DNA of 63,633 bases, counting the filler, from Globobulimina sp. (taxonomy: Eukaryota), in the NCBI GenBank assembly GCA_003354225.1. It is 22 parts of 22 records of this genome, joined end to end, with 100 filler letters (N's around TTAATTAATTAA, not from the genome) between each part and the next. Parts side by side here need not be neighbours in the genome. Positions count along the whole stretch, not along the records: positions 34,788 to 37,583 come from PIVH01004853.1; positions 37,684 to 40,479 come from PIVH01004854.1; positions 40,580 to 43,375 come from PIVH01004855.1; positions 43,476 to 46,270 come from PIVH01004856.1; positions 46,371 to 49,165 come from PIVH01004857.1; positions 49,266 to 52,060 come from PIVH01004858.1; 16 more parts are not named here. One strand, 5' to 3'. The notes beneath the pieces were generated by a model, which searched no databases, had not been told where the DNA came from, and saw nothing but the letters and a program-made list of their open reading frames with translations. The position numbers were made by a program, and so were the translations under genes. This document shows, piece after piece, positions 36,616-49,368 of this stretch (position 1 is its first letter; each line of letters starts with the position of its first letter).

Positions 36616-37416
36616 TCATCTTTCCGTGTGGTGACATTCTCTATTTTGACCCCAAACATGTCCTTGCGTCGACACAGTATCACTTGGATGGAATACTAAG
36701 TTATGTGTACATCCATAAACACCATCGTTTTTGTATCCTTTTTTCATAACATAAATATCAATCGTCGTATCATTGTATAGTCTCTTATTTAACCATTGTA
36801 TATATTGCGGAATGAATGCTTTTCTGACAATCAGTCCGCTTTGACCTCTGCTTAGGAACACAACATTGATATTATGCTTGTTTGCGAATTGGCTCTCTGT
36901 GACATTGTAGACAAATTGCGGCAATTTGCTGCAAAGAGAAATGTCATCTTCAAATATCAATACAAACTCACTATCACTCTCATCATGATCAGTTGCCACA
37001 ATATATTGCAATAAAAATAGGAAATCATGTGCTTGACAATTAGGCCCAAATGCTTTGTTCAACGTTAATCCGCAATCATTGTAATTATGTTCACGATTAA
37101 AGCATTGCGAGTTTATGTCATAATATGTTTCATGAATGCGCAGTTTTTTAATTGGTAAACCACATTTTAATGAATCAAATGCATATTCGCGCCGTATGGT
37201 TCCTATGACATAAATTGTAATACCTCTAACATATAATAGGTGATATAAATAATACCCATCACTGTTACTGGAATAATTCAAAAATGCATTCGCATTAAAA
37301 CATAGGTTCCAACGGGGATTGTATTGTAATTCTGTTAGGTTTGCTTCCATAGCAATTATAAGCAACATATACATCCATAGCAACGCTTGCAGCGGATGAT
37401 GATGGCTTAATTTCAT
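36616..37416 (-). CDS. Golgi-type GT-A glycosyltransferase-like protein
   Basis: N-terminal signal anchor, FVLIFEDDISLC (DxD-type motif), ID..V and LVFH C-terminal motifs. Confidence 0.6.
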   Translation of the reverse strand: MKLSHHHPLQALLWMYMLLIIAMEANLTELQYNPRWNLCFNANAFLNYSSNSDGYYLYHLLYVRGITIYVIGTIRREYAFDSLKCGLPIKKLRIHETYYDINSQCFNREHNYNDCGLTLNKAFGPNCQAHDFLFLLQYIVATDHDESDSEFVLIFEDDISLCSKLPQFVYNVTESQFANKHNINVVFLSRGQSGLIVRKAFIPQYIQWLNKRLYNDTTIDIYVMKKGYKNDGVYGCTHNLVFHPSDTVSTQGHVWGQNRECHHTER

Positions 37417-37683
37417 TAGTCACTTTAGGTTTTTAAACTGGCGTTTTCAAACAGGCGTTTTTTGTTTTTCAAGTTACCATCTGCTGAGTGCTGATCTGCA
37501 TGCAATGGGAAAGTTGATGGTAAATGTTATAATAAAAACAGAAACTACAAAAAGGTGCAAATTATGTTTTTTTCATTACTGTGNNNNNNNNNNNNNNNNN
37601 NNNNNNNNNNNNNNNNNNNNNNNNNNNTTAATTAATTAANNNNNNNNNNNNNNNNNNNNNNNNNNNNNNNNNNNNNNNNNNNN

Positions 37684-40134
37684 TATTGTCGCGCATATTG
37701 GCCAATACTGGCACCTGTGCTGCCTTAGGGTTAGCCGGCTGTGGCTTGGCAGGCCAGACCATCACGGCCTGTCTAGCCGCGTTGCTAAGCAATGAAGATT
37801 TACAATTTTATTCTCGGATTGATGTGTCTGAGAATAATATCGGCTGTGAAGCTGCCATTATGCTGGCGTCCATCTTTGTATTCACGGATCGTATCATGAG
37901 TTTGAAGCTAAATAGTTGCAATTTGACGCATGAAGGCATGGGCTATATCTTAATGTCGTTATTGACGCAGCCACGGCTCAAATTATTGGAGGTGGATTTC
38001 AATTGCAAGCGGTCAGAGTGGAACAGCGGGCGCTGGCATGTGAATGATATGTTGCGTAAATTGATTGAAAAGTGCTTAAATCTGCAATCGCTGTCTATCA
38101 AAAATGACCCCGAGCGGGGCTATCAAGTGGACTTAGACCATTTCTTGCATGCCTTGAAAACCAACGATTCGGTTATTTGTCTTGACATTTCCGGCAATTC
38201 CATGACCTCAGACAACTTAGCGGCGCTCAAAGATGTTGTGCTACGCAATGGAGTGTTGCGAGAGTTGCATTGGGATGAAAACAACATAACATCCAAACAT
38301 ATCTTAGGCATAACTCATGCGCTCAAACAAAACAAAGGTACGGCATTGCGTCATTTGCTTAAGCGGTTTTTTTTTTACTCAAAAATGTTTTTCACTTTGA
38401 GCTCTTCAAATGGTCCAGTTCCCGGATAAAGATTTCGAGAAGGAATTGAATCGCGAAAAGTCGTCTGCGAAGAAGATGGAGTTACAAATGATAAAGAAAA
38501 GCTTTTATCGCGCCGTGTTTGAGAATGCGACCCAACAAGGTTTCCAGCAAAGTACCACGGTTTATAAGCGTAATGAGGGCAAACGGGGCTCCATTTTGCA
38601 GCAAAGGCCCGCCAAGAATGAGGTGTACCAACCACAATTAGGCGGCAGTGACTTGGGGCTGCCACAGTTTGGAGCGAAACCAATGATGGATATGCCGGAT
38701 CCCATTATGGGCGGCGGTATGGATGCTTTGACCCGGCCTCCACCACGAAAAGCAAAGGCGAAGGCTAAAGCGAACAGTGGTAACCGGCCACCGCCAAATC
38801 CAATGATGAATAATGCGAACGGGCCGCCAAACCATATGGGTGGCGGTATTGTGGGCGGTATGCATATGGGAATGAGTGGGCGCCCACCGCCTAATCAGCA
38901 GAAAGGACCGCCGCCGAACCCCATGATGGGTGGTGGTGGAGCTATGGTGGGCGGAATGCATATGGGAATGGCGGGACCTCCGCCAAACCCCATGATGCAG
39001 CAAAATAACGGCAATAAGTTTGGCAAACGAGACTCTGGGAAAAGTAAGAAAAAGCAAGCCGGACAGAAGAAGAATAAATGGGGCGGTTTGTTTGACAAAA
39101 ACTCGAATGATAAGAAAAGTAAAAGTAAAAACAAAAATAAAGCAGCTGAACAAGTTAAATTTATATTGTATACAGATCGCAGTATTTCTATTTTTATTTT
39201 CGTGTTTTCGCAGCAAAAGCAGCCACCGCCGGTACCGAAGAAAGCAGTGAAGAAAGAGAAGAAGCAGAAGAAAGATAAGAAGAAGAAGAACAAAAATAAA
39301 AATAAAGGAGGACCGCCGCCAAACCCTATGATGGGCGGACCGCCACAGAATGCAATGCAAAACAAACAAAAAGGACCGCCGCAAAATCCAATGATGGGAG
39401 GGCCTGGTCCAGGTTTGTACGGATAATAAGTAGCATGTTTTTGAATATCTAATATATAAAACAAAAGGAAATGGACCGCCAAATGGTATGGGTGGACCGC
39501 CACAAAATGCAATGATGGGAGGACCAGGTAACGAATATTTTGCACAGCAAATTAAAACATATACATTGCAAATCTATGCACAGGCAATGGGCCTCGGAAT
39601 GGCATGGGAGGACCACCACAAAATCCAATGATGGGACCGCCAAACGGCATGATGGGACCTCCGAATATGGGTGGCATGGCTCCACCAAATATGGGCGGCA
39701 ATATGGGGATGGGACCGCCTGATATGATGATGGGCGGTATGGGCGGAATGGGTGGTATGCCGCCATGGATGATGCAAGGGGGCAATATGGGGATGCCACC
39801 ACCGGACATGATGATGGGTGGTAATATGGGTGGCAATATGGGCGGCAATATGGGCGGTAATATGGGCGGTAATATGGGTGGAATGCCTCCCAATATGATG
39901 ATGGGACCACCGCCGGATATGATGATGGGTGGAATGGGCGGAATGCCGCCGTGGATGATGCAAGGTGGCAATATGGGTGGAATGCCGCCAAATATGGGGG
40001 GTATGCCTCCGAATTTTGGCGGAATGCCTCCGAATAATATGGGTGGAATGCCACCGAATATGGGTGGTATGCCTCCGAATATGGGCGGGAAAATGGGAGG
40101 GAAAATGGGACAGCCCGGCGTAAATTACCAGTAA
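37684..40134 (+). CDS. CARMIL/RNI-like leucine-rich-repeat protein with Pro/Met/Gly/Asn low-complexity tail (multi-exon, 5'-truncated)
   Basis: ALKTNDSVICLDISGNSM...LRELHWDENNIT...ALKQNK, spliced to LQMVQFPDKD, resembles the C-terminal LRRs of CARMIL; PPPNPMMGG and NMGG repeats follow. Confidence 0.7.
39604..40110 (+). repeat. Coding tandem repeats (NMGG, MPPNMGG, PPDMMMGG)
   Basis: Repeated ggcggtaatatg / ccgaatatgggtgg units. Confidence 0.9.
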
Positions 40135-40579
40135 AAAATTGTATTTTTATAGATTTGCGTCTATATTTTACATTATATTTATACATTGTTTTATGTTTCA
40201 ATTTATAATTACTAGTATTTCATTCATCGCTTATTGTTATAATTATTTTTTTTATTGAATCATTTTTTGTTTGATATATTTGTCGATTCGCGTTTTTGAA
40301 TGTGCTGCAATATTGATTTTATATAATTGTTTGTAAATTCTTTTTTCTTACCTCTCGTTTTTTCTTCTTTGATATTGTAAATTGTATTGCTTAATTTTTT
40401 TTTTTTTTTTTTTGTATTTTATTTTATAAAAAATTAACAAATTTTTTTTTTTTTTGTTTTTTTTTTATTTTTGGTTCTTNNNNNNNNNNNNNNNNNNNNN
40501 NNNNNNNNNNNNNNNNNNNNNNNTTAATTAATTAANNNNNNNNNNNNNNNNNNNNNNNNNNNNNNNNNNNNNNNNNNNN

Positions 40580-41107
40580 TGCAGTTTTAACTTGATTCCA
40601 TGCGGAACCTGCGATAGAACCCGATTTATCGACAACAATAATGAATAAACTTGGCACCAAATTGAACACTGAATGGGTTAAACTAATTTGTAATTCTGCA
40701 ATGTTGCTTCTTTTTTTTTCATTCAAGTCGTACATTTTTTTAATACAAGCACTCCATTCCTGTTTCATTTCTTTTTGTTCTTTTTCTTCGACTTTGGGTT
40801 GTTGTGGTTGTTGTTGTTGGTATTTTTTCTCTGTCATTATATCCAATTGTTGTTTCATGAGTTGTTGGTTTTTAATTAATTCCACAAAACTTAATATATT
40901 TTTGTTTGATGGCGCTGTTTTGGGATCAAATCGACTTAAATTACCATTACATAGTGGACATGTGTTGATATTATTTATTTGATTCACAAATGCATCGCAT
41001 AATGCTTTTCGACTGAATGTCTTACCGCAGCAAGGTACGGATATTGGATCTTCAAATAACTCAAAAGTAATCGGACAAGTTAATTCCTCCACAAATTTGT
41101 CTTGCAT
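40580..41107 (-). CDS. RING/U-box plus von Willebrand A domain protein, 3'-truncated
   Basis: ELTCPITFELFEDPISVPCCGKTFSR...CPLC; IIVVDKSGS (MIDAS DxSxS). Confidence 0.85.
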
Positions 41108-41237
41108 TTTGCAAATGTGAGTGTTGAGTAACTTGAGTTAGAGTGATAAAAGAAATGAAAAATTAAAATATTAAAAACAAAAAGTGTAAACTATAGTTTG
41201 ATTAAAAATAATGTAGTTTGAAAGTACAATAATAAGG

Positions 41238-41864
41238 TTATTTTGGTGCCGTGGCAACAAAAATTTCAATTTCATTTAATGCGCAATAAGTACTTGCTTT
41301 CAAAATATAAAACACCAACACTTCATATTCCCCTTTAACTGAATGTGCATGAACTTGACCAAAATGATCATTATCCGTATCAACCATCTGTGTGATATGA
41401 ACCGCCTCAACAACATCGCCACTCACAAGATCTGCCGCGTCTTCATAGCCATCAATTGCATACCAACTCCATCTCTCTTTCCAAATTGTACGTGCTTCCA
41501 CAACAATATGTGATATATTCTGTGGTTGGTCAAATGTTATGGTTATTGTTGCAGTTTGAGTGGAATCACATTGACCTAACCAATAACTATGCGCATGCGC
41601 GCTACCGTGTGTTCTGTAATATAATGAACCATCAAATAAATTACTTAAATAATAATAATCACTATTTTGCCATCTCGCGACACTTGATTCAATAACGGCA
41701 ATTCCATTTGGTGCAGTATATTTATATTGATTTGAGTTTATACCGCCTGACAAATCTAATTTATGATTCGATGGATATCCAATATCATCAAATTCTAACC
41801 ATCTGGAACCAGCTTCAGATATTGACGTTAATATGAACACCGCTGTAACTACACTAAATATCAT
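41238..41864 (-). CDS. Secreted protein with discoidin/galactose-binding-like jelly-roll domain
   Basis: Signal peptide MIFSVVTAVFILTSISEA; NLFDG...SYW...ITITFDQPQNISHI...ALNEIEIF. Confidence 0.65.
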   Translation of the reverse strand: MIFSVVTAVFILTSISEAGSRWLEFDDIGYPSNHKLDLSGGINSNQYKYTAPNGIAVIESSVARWQNSDYYYLSNLFDGSLYYRTHGSAHAHSYWLGQCDSTQTATITITFDQPQNISHIVVEARTIWKERWSWYAIDGYEDAADLVSGDVVEAVHITQMVDTDNDHFGQVHAHSVKGEYEVLVFYILKASTYCALNEIEIFVATAPK

Positions 41865-42113
41865 ATTTTTATTGTGCTCTTGAAACCACTTTAAGTATGT
41901 TTGAGAAGTTGGTTGTTGATGAAAAGTGAGAAAACAAAGCTTAAAAAGATTATTATTCATCTTAAAAAGTAACGTGAAGCAAAATCGTTAGTTGTGGAAA
42001 TAAAAGTGTTTTTAAAAGAAAATGAATGTAATATTTATTCCAGTCCCTGGCCTGACCGCTGCCAATTTGATTAGTTGTGATGTTATTATAAATCTATCAT
42101 TGTTTGAGGTGAT

Positions 42114-42774
42114 TCATTGCGTAGTGATATTGGGGGGAATTAAATTCAATGAATTAAATTTATTCAATGTCTCTTCATCATTCAAAGCTTTTATCGCTTC
42201 ACGTAATCTATAAATGCTATGTCTATAAATTATTTTGTTTTGAAAATTTTCTAACAAAATTAACCGCTGTGATGTATTCGAGTGCGGTATATTCATATTC
42301 ATCCTTTTCTGTTAAAATAGTCATCAAATCGTGTCCCAATACCTGATCAATATGCTTTTCTGCACATGATCGCACAAAATGCGTCAATACATTTTTATAG
42401 CAAATAAATCCTATTCCATCGGTGAGACATAGCGAGTGTGCATTCTCATTGCATTTATATTCAGTATCTGTACATATGTTATCACTCAACAATTGATATA
42501 ATTTGTGATGCCTTTCAATGGATAATGTATGCAATGAATGTAACAATAACGGCAGAATTCCACCAAACACATCATGGATAACATCATTTTGTATTAATCG
42601 CAATTTGTTTGAATCGAATTGCTCCAACAATTGATTATTTCCAATCAACATTGTTAATCTATCCACACTCAAATTTCTCACATGTGCTGACTTGGTATAA
42701 ACTGAAGGTGATTCCATTCTATTTTTAAAATCAATATCTGATAATAAAACATTTATCATTTCCAAACAAGCCAT
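42114..42774 (-). CDS. Hypothetical protein (possible frameshift or intron near 42225)
   Basis: Protein-like open frame from MACLEMINV; no family recognised. Confidence 0.45.
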
Positions 42775-42826
42775 TGCCTTCACAGCGCAGTTAAAGTTGA
42801 TTTGGAGTAAAAGTAGTATATAAACC

Positions 42827-43195
42827 ATGAGCAAAGCAGTAAAAGTGACATTATTTGCAGATGCAATCAAATACAACGAAAGCACAAATACATATTCTTT
42901 ATTATTCAACAATATCAATTTATTACAATATACCAACAATAAAACCGACAACACATCATTCAGCAAAATTATCTTTGAAATTGCAGCCGAAAAAATCGAT
43001 TCAATGCCAAACTTATCCGAAATAGATAGTATTTTGGACGAAGTCGATTCAAAATCCAACGTTAATAAACAACAACAATCTCGACCAAGCCCTAAACGAC
43101 TCGATCTCCACAAACTGCATATTGCATTACAAAAAGGCGACACCCAATTTGTCAAAGATTGCATCGTAAATGCGGTGCGACACGAGGTAGGATAA
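42827..43195 (+). CDS. Hypothetical protein, first exon or fragment
   Basis: ATG in aaaccATG context and 122 open codons; LHIALQKGDTQFV is weakly ankyrin-like. Confidence 0.4.
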   Translation: MSKAVKVTLFADAIKYNESTNTYSLLFNNINLLQYTNNKTDNTSFSKIIFEIAAEKIDSMPNLSEIDSILDEVDSKSNVNKQQQSRPSPKRLDLHKLHIALQKGDTQFVKDCIVNAVRHEVG

Positions 43196-43475
43196 AAAGG
43201 TGGTGCGTCAGGATGAGATTGCAATTGCACATGGCATTCAAGCGATAAAACGCAAACAAGAATTGATCAGTTGTTATTATCTGCTGTCATCTGCAAAACA
43301 TCCCGTTTCTAACCAAAAAATTTCATCATCTGTCAAATACCGTTTTGCTAAGCTTCTATACTTGTCATTATCTTCNNNNNNNNNNNNNNNNNNNNNNNNN
43401 NNNNNNNNNNNNNNNNNNNTTAATTAATTAANNNNNNNNNNNNNNNNNNNNNNNNNNNNNNNNNNNNNNNNNNNN

Positions 43476-45117
43476 TTTGCAGATTTAGTGCAGCTATTTT
43501 CTTTTCGATTATATAATATCTCGACAGTGGATGATCCTCGATATGCGATGTGGCAGTTCCCCAGTACACTGAAAACAATGACGGTAAAAGCAGCATTTAG
43601 CGATCTATCATCAATATTTGAATCAAATGAAGTTTAGTGTTTATATAAATATTATGTATGTGTATTTGAATATAAATGATTGTATAAACACAAACACAAA
43701 AACAGATACTTGATTATAGTCAACTTGTGTATGATGCATATGGTGTATCCGCATCAGATAGCGAGTTATCGTATTTTCAATATTATGAAGCCGGGTTATC
43801 GTATTTTCAACGATTAGGTTCGTTAATTCAAGCGGAAGACCCTGACGTTGTTCAATTTTACATCTGGACCAGTATTTTCTATTATTATTTGGATTTTGAT
43901 CAAATATTTAGTCAAACTCGATATGAAACACGCTCAGATTTTTGTTTTGATCGAACAAAAAGCAAATTTCCATTTGTTTATGGTTATATACTATTCAATA
44001 CATTGTATAACACCGAAACTCATAACCTTGCCTCGAGTCTCGCCAATTTCATAAAAACAGCAGGAACGCAAGCACTCATTCAAAACGCAACATGGTATAC
44101 AAAATATACTTCAATTTGCACAATAATTGCGTTATATTTTCAGGTTAGATGAGGTTTCCAAGGCTGCAGCGATAAAGAAAATTGAAAATATGGATTTGTA
44201 CATTGGCTTTCCGCCGAGAATAAAGTTTGGTGATAATATTGATGAATATTATAAAGCTGCACAACAATCAATGACAGCGTCGTGGATCGACAATGTTGAA
44301 TCTTTAACAAGCTTTGAATTTGAACAGTTGAATGATACATTTTGGGAGGGACATGCATATAATTTGAGCAGTGGTTGGCCAGAGATATTTATGGTGCCAG
44401 AAGTATATGATTCATGGTTGACGGGCATAAACGCGTTTTATTTGCCATTTGAGAATTGGTTTACAATCCCAGTCAGTATTTCGCAACCGCCAGTGTTTGA
44501 TTCTTCTGCCGGTTATCCATCGGCGATGATGTTCGGCGGTTTAGGAGCAGTGACAGGGCACGAAATGAGTCATGGTATGTTGATATATATTTGTATTGCT
44601 GCAATTTTTATAATATTTGATTGCAGGCTTTGATCCAAGCGGAAGTATGTATAATTATAATGGAACTATGGTGGGTTCAATCTTTACGGATTACAGTCAG
44701 TCGAAATATAGTGAGAAAATGGAATGCTTTGTGGAGCAGTATGATGACATTGTTGTGGATGCTGTTAATGGGACGGCAATAAATGTAAATGGGACCTTGA
44801 CGATCACAGAAAATGTTGCGGATAATGCTGGAGTTTGGTCGAGTTGGACAGCTTGGAAAAAATATATTGCACAGAATGGAAATGATAAATCATTGTATGG
44901 ATTATCTTTGAGTCAGGAACAGTTATTTTTTGTGGGTTGGGCGTCTCTTTGGTGTGAATCAGCAGTGAGTGGATCGGTTGTTGTTGCGGATGATGTACAT
45001 AGTCCAAATTACGCTCGTGTTATTGGTCCACTTCAAAACAATCCGCATTTTGCAAAGGCATTTAGCTGTGGTTCAGGAGCTAGAATGAATCCGAAGGATA
45101 AATGTATTGTGTGGTAG
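43476..45117 (+). CDS. M13 family (neprilysin/ECE-like) zinc metallopeptidase, 5'-truncated, multi-exon
   Basis: INAFY, GAVTGHEMSHG|FD (HExxH followed by an intron), ENVADNAG, DVHSP..RV and MNPKDKCIVW. Confidence 0.95.
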
Positions 45118-45178
45118 TCAGATTGTTTGTACACAGTTGTTTCTAATTTTTTGAATCAAGTTTAAGTTTTTCTTAAAA

Positions 45179-46159
45179 ATGAAAGTTTTTTCTAGACAAT
45201 GTCCAAAGCAAACTGCGTCCCGGCCTAGGTTCTCTCGTGCAATTACCAATATATTCCAAGCAAAACAAGAAGAATTTCACAATGCAATATCTGAAAAATT
45301 GAGTGACTTCCGACCACCTAAAATTACAATGGATCATAAGGCAGAAATTGTATCATACGTTCAAAGAAATTGTATGGACCTACATTCATCAAACATTATT
45401 GAAAAATTATCAATGGATTTTATCAATGCGGCATCACAAAACGGGACATATGATGCGTTGTCAAATCCGCATAGTCGTAAATTGAACTTAATTGAGTGGT
45501 ATGTTGATAAGTACATTGATTTTGATTGGTTGCCTCAACCATTGTCATCTGAACACGCATTGGAATATTCCCAGCTGGCATCAATTGAATATGATGAACA
45601 GTTAAGATTTATTCCATTGGGGTTTGACATTAAATATTATGGAAATCATTCATTTATTAAAATTGAAAATAATTTGGGTGGCTGTTATGCAATTTTACCA
45701 AATCAAAACAAAGAGAAAAAAGGTAAAAAATTATTATTATTAGATTTGGATGGAAGTTTAATAGATTTTAATGTGGAAAGACCATATTTGAAGGAATATT
45801 TGCAATTTTTATCCACAAGATTTGAAATTGGTATACATTCGGCAGGATATGATATGGATGAATTGGTTGATAAATGGAACAGAAAATATTGCAATGGAAA
45901 CATTACGTTTTATATTTGCAAATCACATAAGTTTTTAAGCTCCTTTGCTATGAATAGAGCACATTTCTTGCACCTTGATGATGGTGAAGGTGGTAATCAA
46001 TATCGATGGATACAAATTAAACAATTCGATAGATATAAACGGGAAGATAATGAGTTACAGAAATTTATGGAATGGTTGCAAATTTATCATGATTTTGATG
46101 GCAACGACTATGACTTTGTTGAAATGTTCCCACCGACCGCATTTTTTCAAAAAGAGTGA
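45179..46159 (+). CDS. HAD-superfamily NIF/FCP1-like phosphatase domain protein
   Basis: KKLLLLDLDGSLI, RPYLKEYLQFL...FEIGIHSAG, LHLDD and DNELQK. Confidence 0.75.
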   Translation: MKVFSRQCPKQTASRPRFSRAITNIFQAKQEEFHNAISEKLSDFRPPKITMDHKAEIVSYVQRNCMDLHSSNIIEKLSMDFINAASQNGTYDALSNPHSRKLNLIEWYVDKYIDFDWLPQPLSSEHALEYSQLASIEYDEQLRFIPLGFDIKYYGNHSFIKIENNLGGCYAILPNQNKEKKGKKLLLLDLDGSLIDFNVERPYLKEYLQFLSTRFEIGIHSAGYDMDELVDKWNRKYCNGNITFYICKSHKFLSSFAMNRAHFLHLDDGEGGNQYRWIQIKQFDRYKREDNELQKFMEWLQIYHDFDGNDYDFVEMFPPTAFFQKE

Positions 46160-46526
46160 ACAATAAACTTTTTATGGCTTCGTTAATACGGACGAAAGTT
46201 TGTTGTAGATACAGTTGAATGATTGCTATGATGAGTCATTCCGTTTATGTGTGTTGTGGAGGTATAACTGNNNNNNNNNNNNNNNNNNNNNNNNNNNNNN
46301 NNNNNNNNNNNNNNTTAATTAATTAANNNNNNNNNNNNNNNNNNNNNNNNNNNNNNNNNNNNNNNNNNNNCTCAAAGATATTTACAATTTATATAATATC
46401 CAAGGACACATTCAAATGAATTAAAAATGCAAAAACCAACGAGAAAGCGCTATACATAGACATATAAAAAACATACCCACACAATTAATATATATAAACA
46501 AAAAGAGATAAAAAAATCAAATATAC

Positions 46527-47877
46527 TTAAAAACATTTCCTGTGAACCAATCCCGGACCGTACTCATCATACTCATCTTTACACATCAACAACTCTTCAA
46601 ACGTCGATAACGCGCTCAAAATAGACCCACCAATCCACGCATTATATTTCCTGCAAACCAAACCCCTGCTAAATACACCACCATTTGACGCATCCTTAAA
46701 TTTGCCATGAATCAGACCTGCAATATCTCGACAAATATAGCCCTCACATTCACGCAAATACCCATCCACCACCTTATATGTATCCATATTTCTTTCCACA
46801 TTTACCTTTATTCCACGAATCCCGCCGGATACTAATAACCCCTTCATCTCCTTCATCAACCTATCATCCATTCCTTTAAACGCCATACTCCCTCCACTTA
46901 ATACAATATTTCCCAACAAAACACCTTTCAAATCTGCACCACATTTCATAACAGAATCATACACCATTTCGTGCACTCCCTCACACGTTTTATATTCATC
47001 CCTATCCATCATAGCTGGCGCAAATAATGCCTCTGAACATTTAAATCGCTCCTTATTGATCTCAACCATTTGTCCATCTGGCAACTCATACTCGCGCTGG
47101 ATACTTTTCTCGCGTTGGCATTCTACGCATTCATCCTCATAATTCAGCGCCGTGTAACACAATTTCTCCTTAATATCCCTCACCTATATCATCCACAGCA
47201 TGTATAGCGCAAAAAAAACAGAAACGAAAACATACAATTTCTCTCTCGGCAGTTGTAGTGAATGAATATCCTTTTTCTGTCAATATTTTCATAAGATATT
47301 GAGTTAAATCCTTGCCACTCAAATCAAGCTTGTTTACAGCATATCGAATGGCATATCCTTCATAGATTGGGACCGTTGTTGTGGAGCCATAGCCAGAATC
47401 TAATACCACTCCGCTGGTTTTGCCCGAGGCGTATAATGATAATACAGACTGAATGCAGGCATAATAAGCGGGAACGTTGAAGGTTTCAAACATAATTTGG
47501 GTCATTTTTTCTCTGTTTGGCTTGGGGTTTAAGGGTGCTTCAGTCAGCAATACACTATGTTCTTCCGGTTGTATTCGTAACTCATTATAAAATGTATGAT
47601 GCCATATTTTTTCCATATCATCCCAGGATGTTACGATACCGTGTTCTATGGGATAGCGTAATGCTAAAATGCCTCTTCTTGACTGTGCTTCATCACCAAC
47701 ATAAGAATTCCTTTGATGCATTCCAACCATAACGCCCTGATGTCGTGGTCTGCCAACGATGGATGGAAATACAGCTCTTGGCGCGTCATCTCCGCCGAAG
47801 CCTGCTTTCATTATTCCTGATCCGTTATCAATCACTAGACTTTGAGCTTCTTCGTCGTATTCTTCTGAATCTGTCAT
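46527..47877 (-). CDS. ACT: Divergent actin with an approximately 40-aa insertion near the C-terminus (intron 47184-47235)
   Basis: [49 protein letters not shown] and [22 protein letters not shown] across a 52-nt GT-AG intron; WIGGSIL...HRKCF. Confidence 0.97.
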
Positions 47878-48008
47878 TTTGATTATACTATTTAAATTTC
47901 AAAGAGACAAAGTTTAAGCAAGTTTTTTTGTGATTAATATTCGGAATAAGTCAGATTGCCTTGCCATGGATGATTCGTTTATAATTATGTCAATGACCAC
48001 TTTAAATT

Positions 48009-49080
48009 TCATGCATATTTATGAACATCACCAATAATATGTACTACATCATGAATTAAATCAATTTCGATAGCACCAGTATGTCCACCATACGCCTTAC
48101 TAATCCCTACGTCAATAATAAACAATCTGCCATTACAATGATCAGCAATTTTGCCATCGCCCTGCGGATCATGTCCCTTTACCATGCGACTAACATTTAA
48201 TATGTCAAACGTTTCCTGTAAATGCTTACACATATACAGCTCAATTATTTTTTTCAATCCATTCTCTTTGACCTCCTCATCTTTCATAGCAAATTCCACC
48301 AATTTCCCGGTATATTCCTCCTTTATCTCATCGAATAAACCACTTTCTATTAAATATAATCGTGGTTCAAACGCACGAGTCCATAAAGGTCCATTTGTAT
48401 GTATAACCATCATTTTTTTGATCCATTCATCATAATCTTTTGTTTTCTCCTCAAAAGCTTCATTTTGGGTCAACCATAACCGTGCATATTCATTCATTAT
48501 TTCAATGTCATTATTTAATGCTTTTAAAGCGATGGACCGTAAGCCAGCGTGGCAAAATACGGTATTTCCGATGACCAATACAGTTGGCATATTCCTTAAG
48601 AAATAGCCAATCTCCGTATTCCCTAAACTCCATAACTGTTTCCAGGCTGTTGCACCGCCATAATTGTCAATTTCTTCTTTGTTGGTATACGTAAAATCAT
48701 CCATTATGTCCAATGTTTCATGGTTACCCAATAGATTTAAGACCAAACTGTTATGTTTGACAGCTTCTGACCGTAATCGCAAAAACAGTTTGTAGATTTT
48801 AATGGATTCCGGTCCACGGTCTGCAATATCACCGGTTTGGATCAACACTGTATTTTTGGTGTTCCATTTTAATGTTTTATTGTCAATGCAATTCGTTACA
48901 GATAGGATTTTAAGCGTTGCTGCAAGGTCGCCATGCAAGTCTCCAATCGCTACCAGTCGAGTTACTCCATATTTTGTAATGTTTCGAATAATGTGAAAAG
49001 GTAATGGATGTGTGATAAACTGAGAAAAAAATTCTTCATTGTTTATTGCGGATTTTCTCTCAATATTATGATTTATGTTA
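48009..49080 (-). CDS. Shewanella-like (Shelph/SLP) metallophosphoesterase of the PPP superfamily
   Basis: VAIGDLHGD, GDIADRG, LGNHE, FCHAG, GPLWTR, MVKGHDPQ and IIDVGIS. Confidence 0.9.
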
Positions 49081-49368
49081 GTGTCTCTTTATTGACCGAG
49101 CATCAAACCCGCGATGAAGAAGAACAAGCGAACTTTTTTGTCGACGTATTCAACAAGGGTAGTGCNNNNNNNNNNNNNNNNNNNNNNNNNNNNNNNNNNN
49201 NNNNNNNNNTTAATTAATTAANNNNNNNNNNNNNNNNNNNNNNNNNNNNNNNNNNNNNNNNNNNNTTAAACCCATTTTTCTGACCCTTTGAATTGTGGAA
49301 ATAGAGCTGGACGAATCAATGTTTTTTTTTGTTGAGTTTTGTGTAATCAACTTCCTCTACAACTGAAC

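Noticed and set aside
40390-40479. Poly-T tracts as a retroposon tail or terminator
   Set aside because: Low-complexity contig end with no associated element or target-site duplication.
42775-43230. N-terminal half of the 335-aa minus-strand ORF 42223-43230
   Set aside because: It overlaps a better plus-strand ORF (42827-43195); the real minus-strand gene probably starts near 42774.
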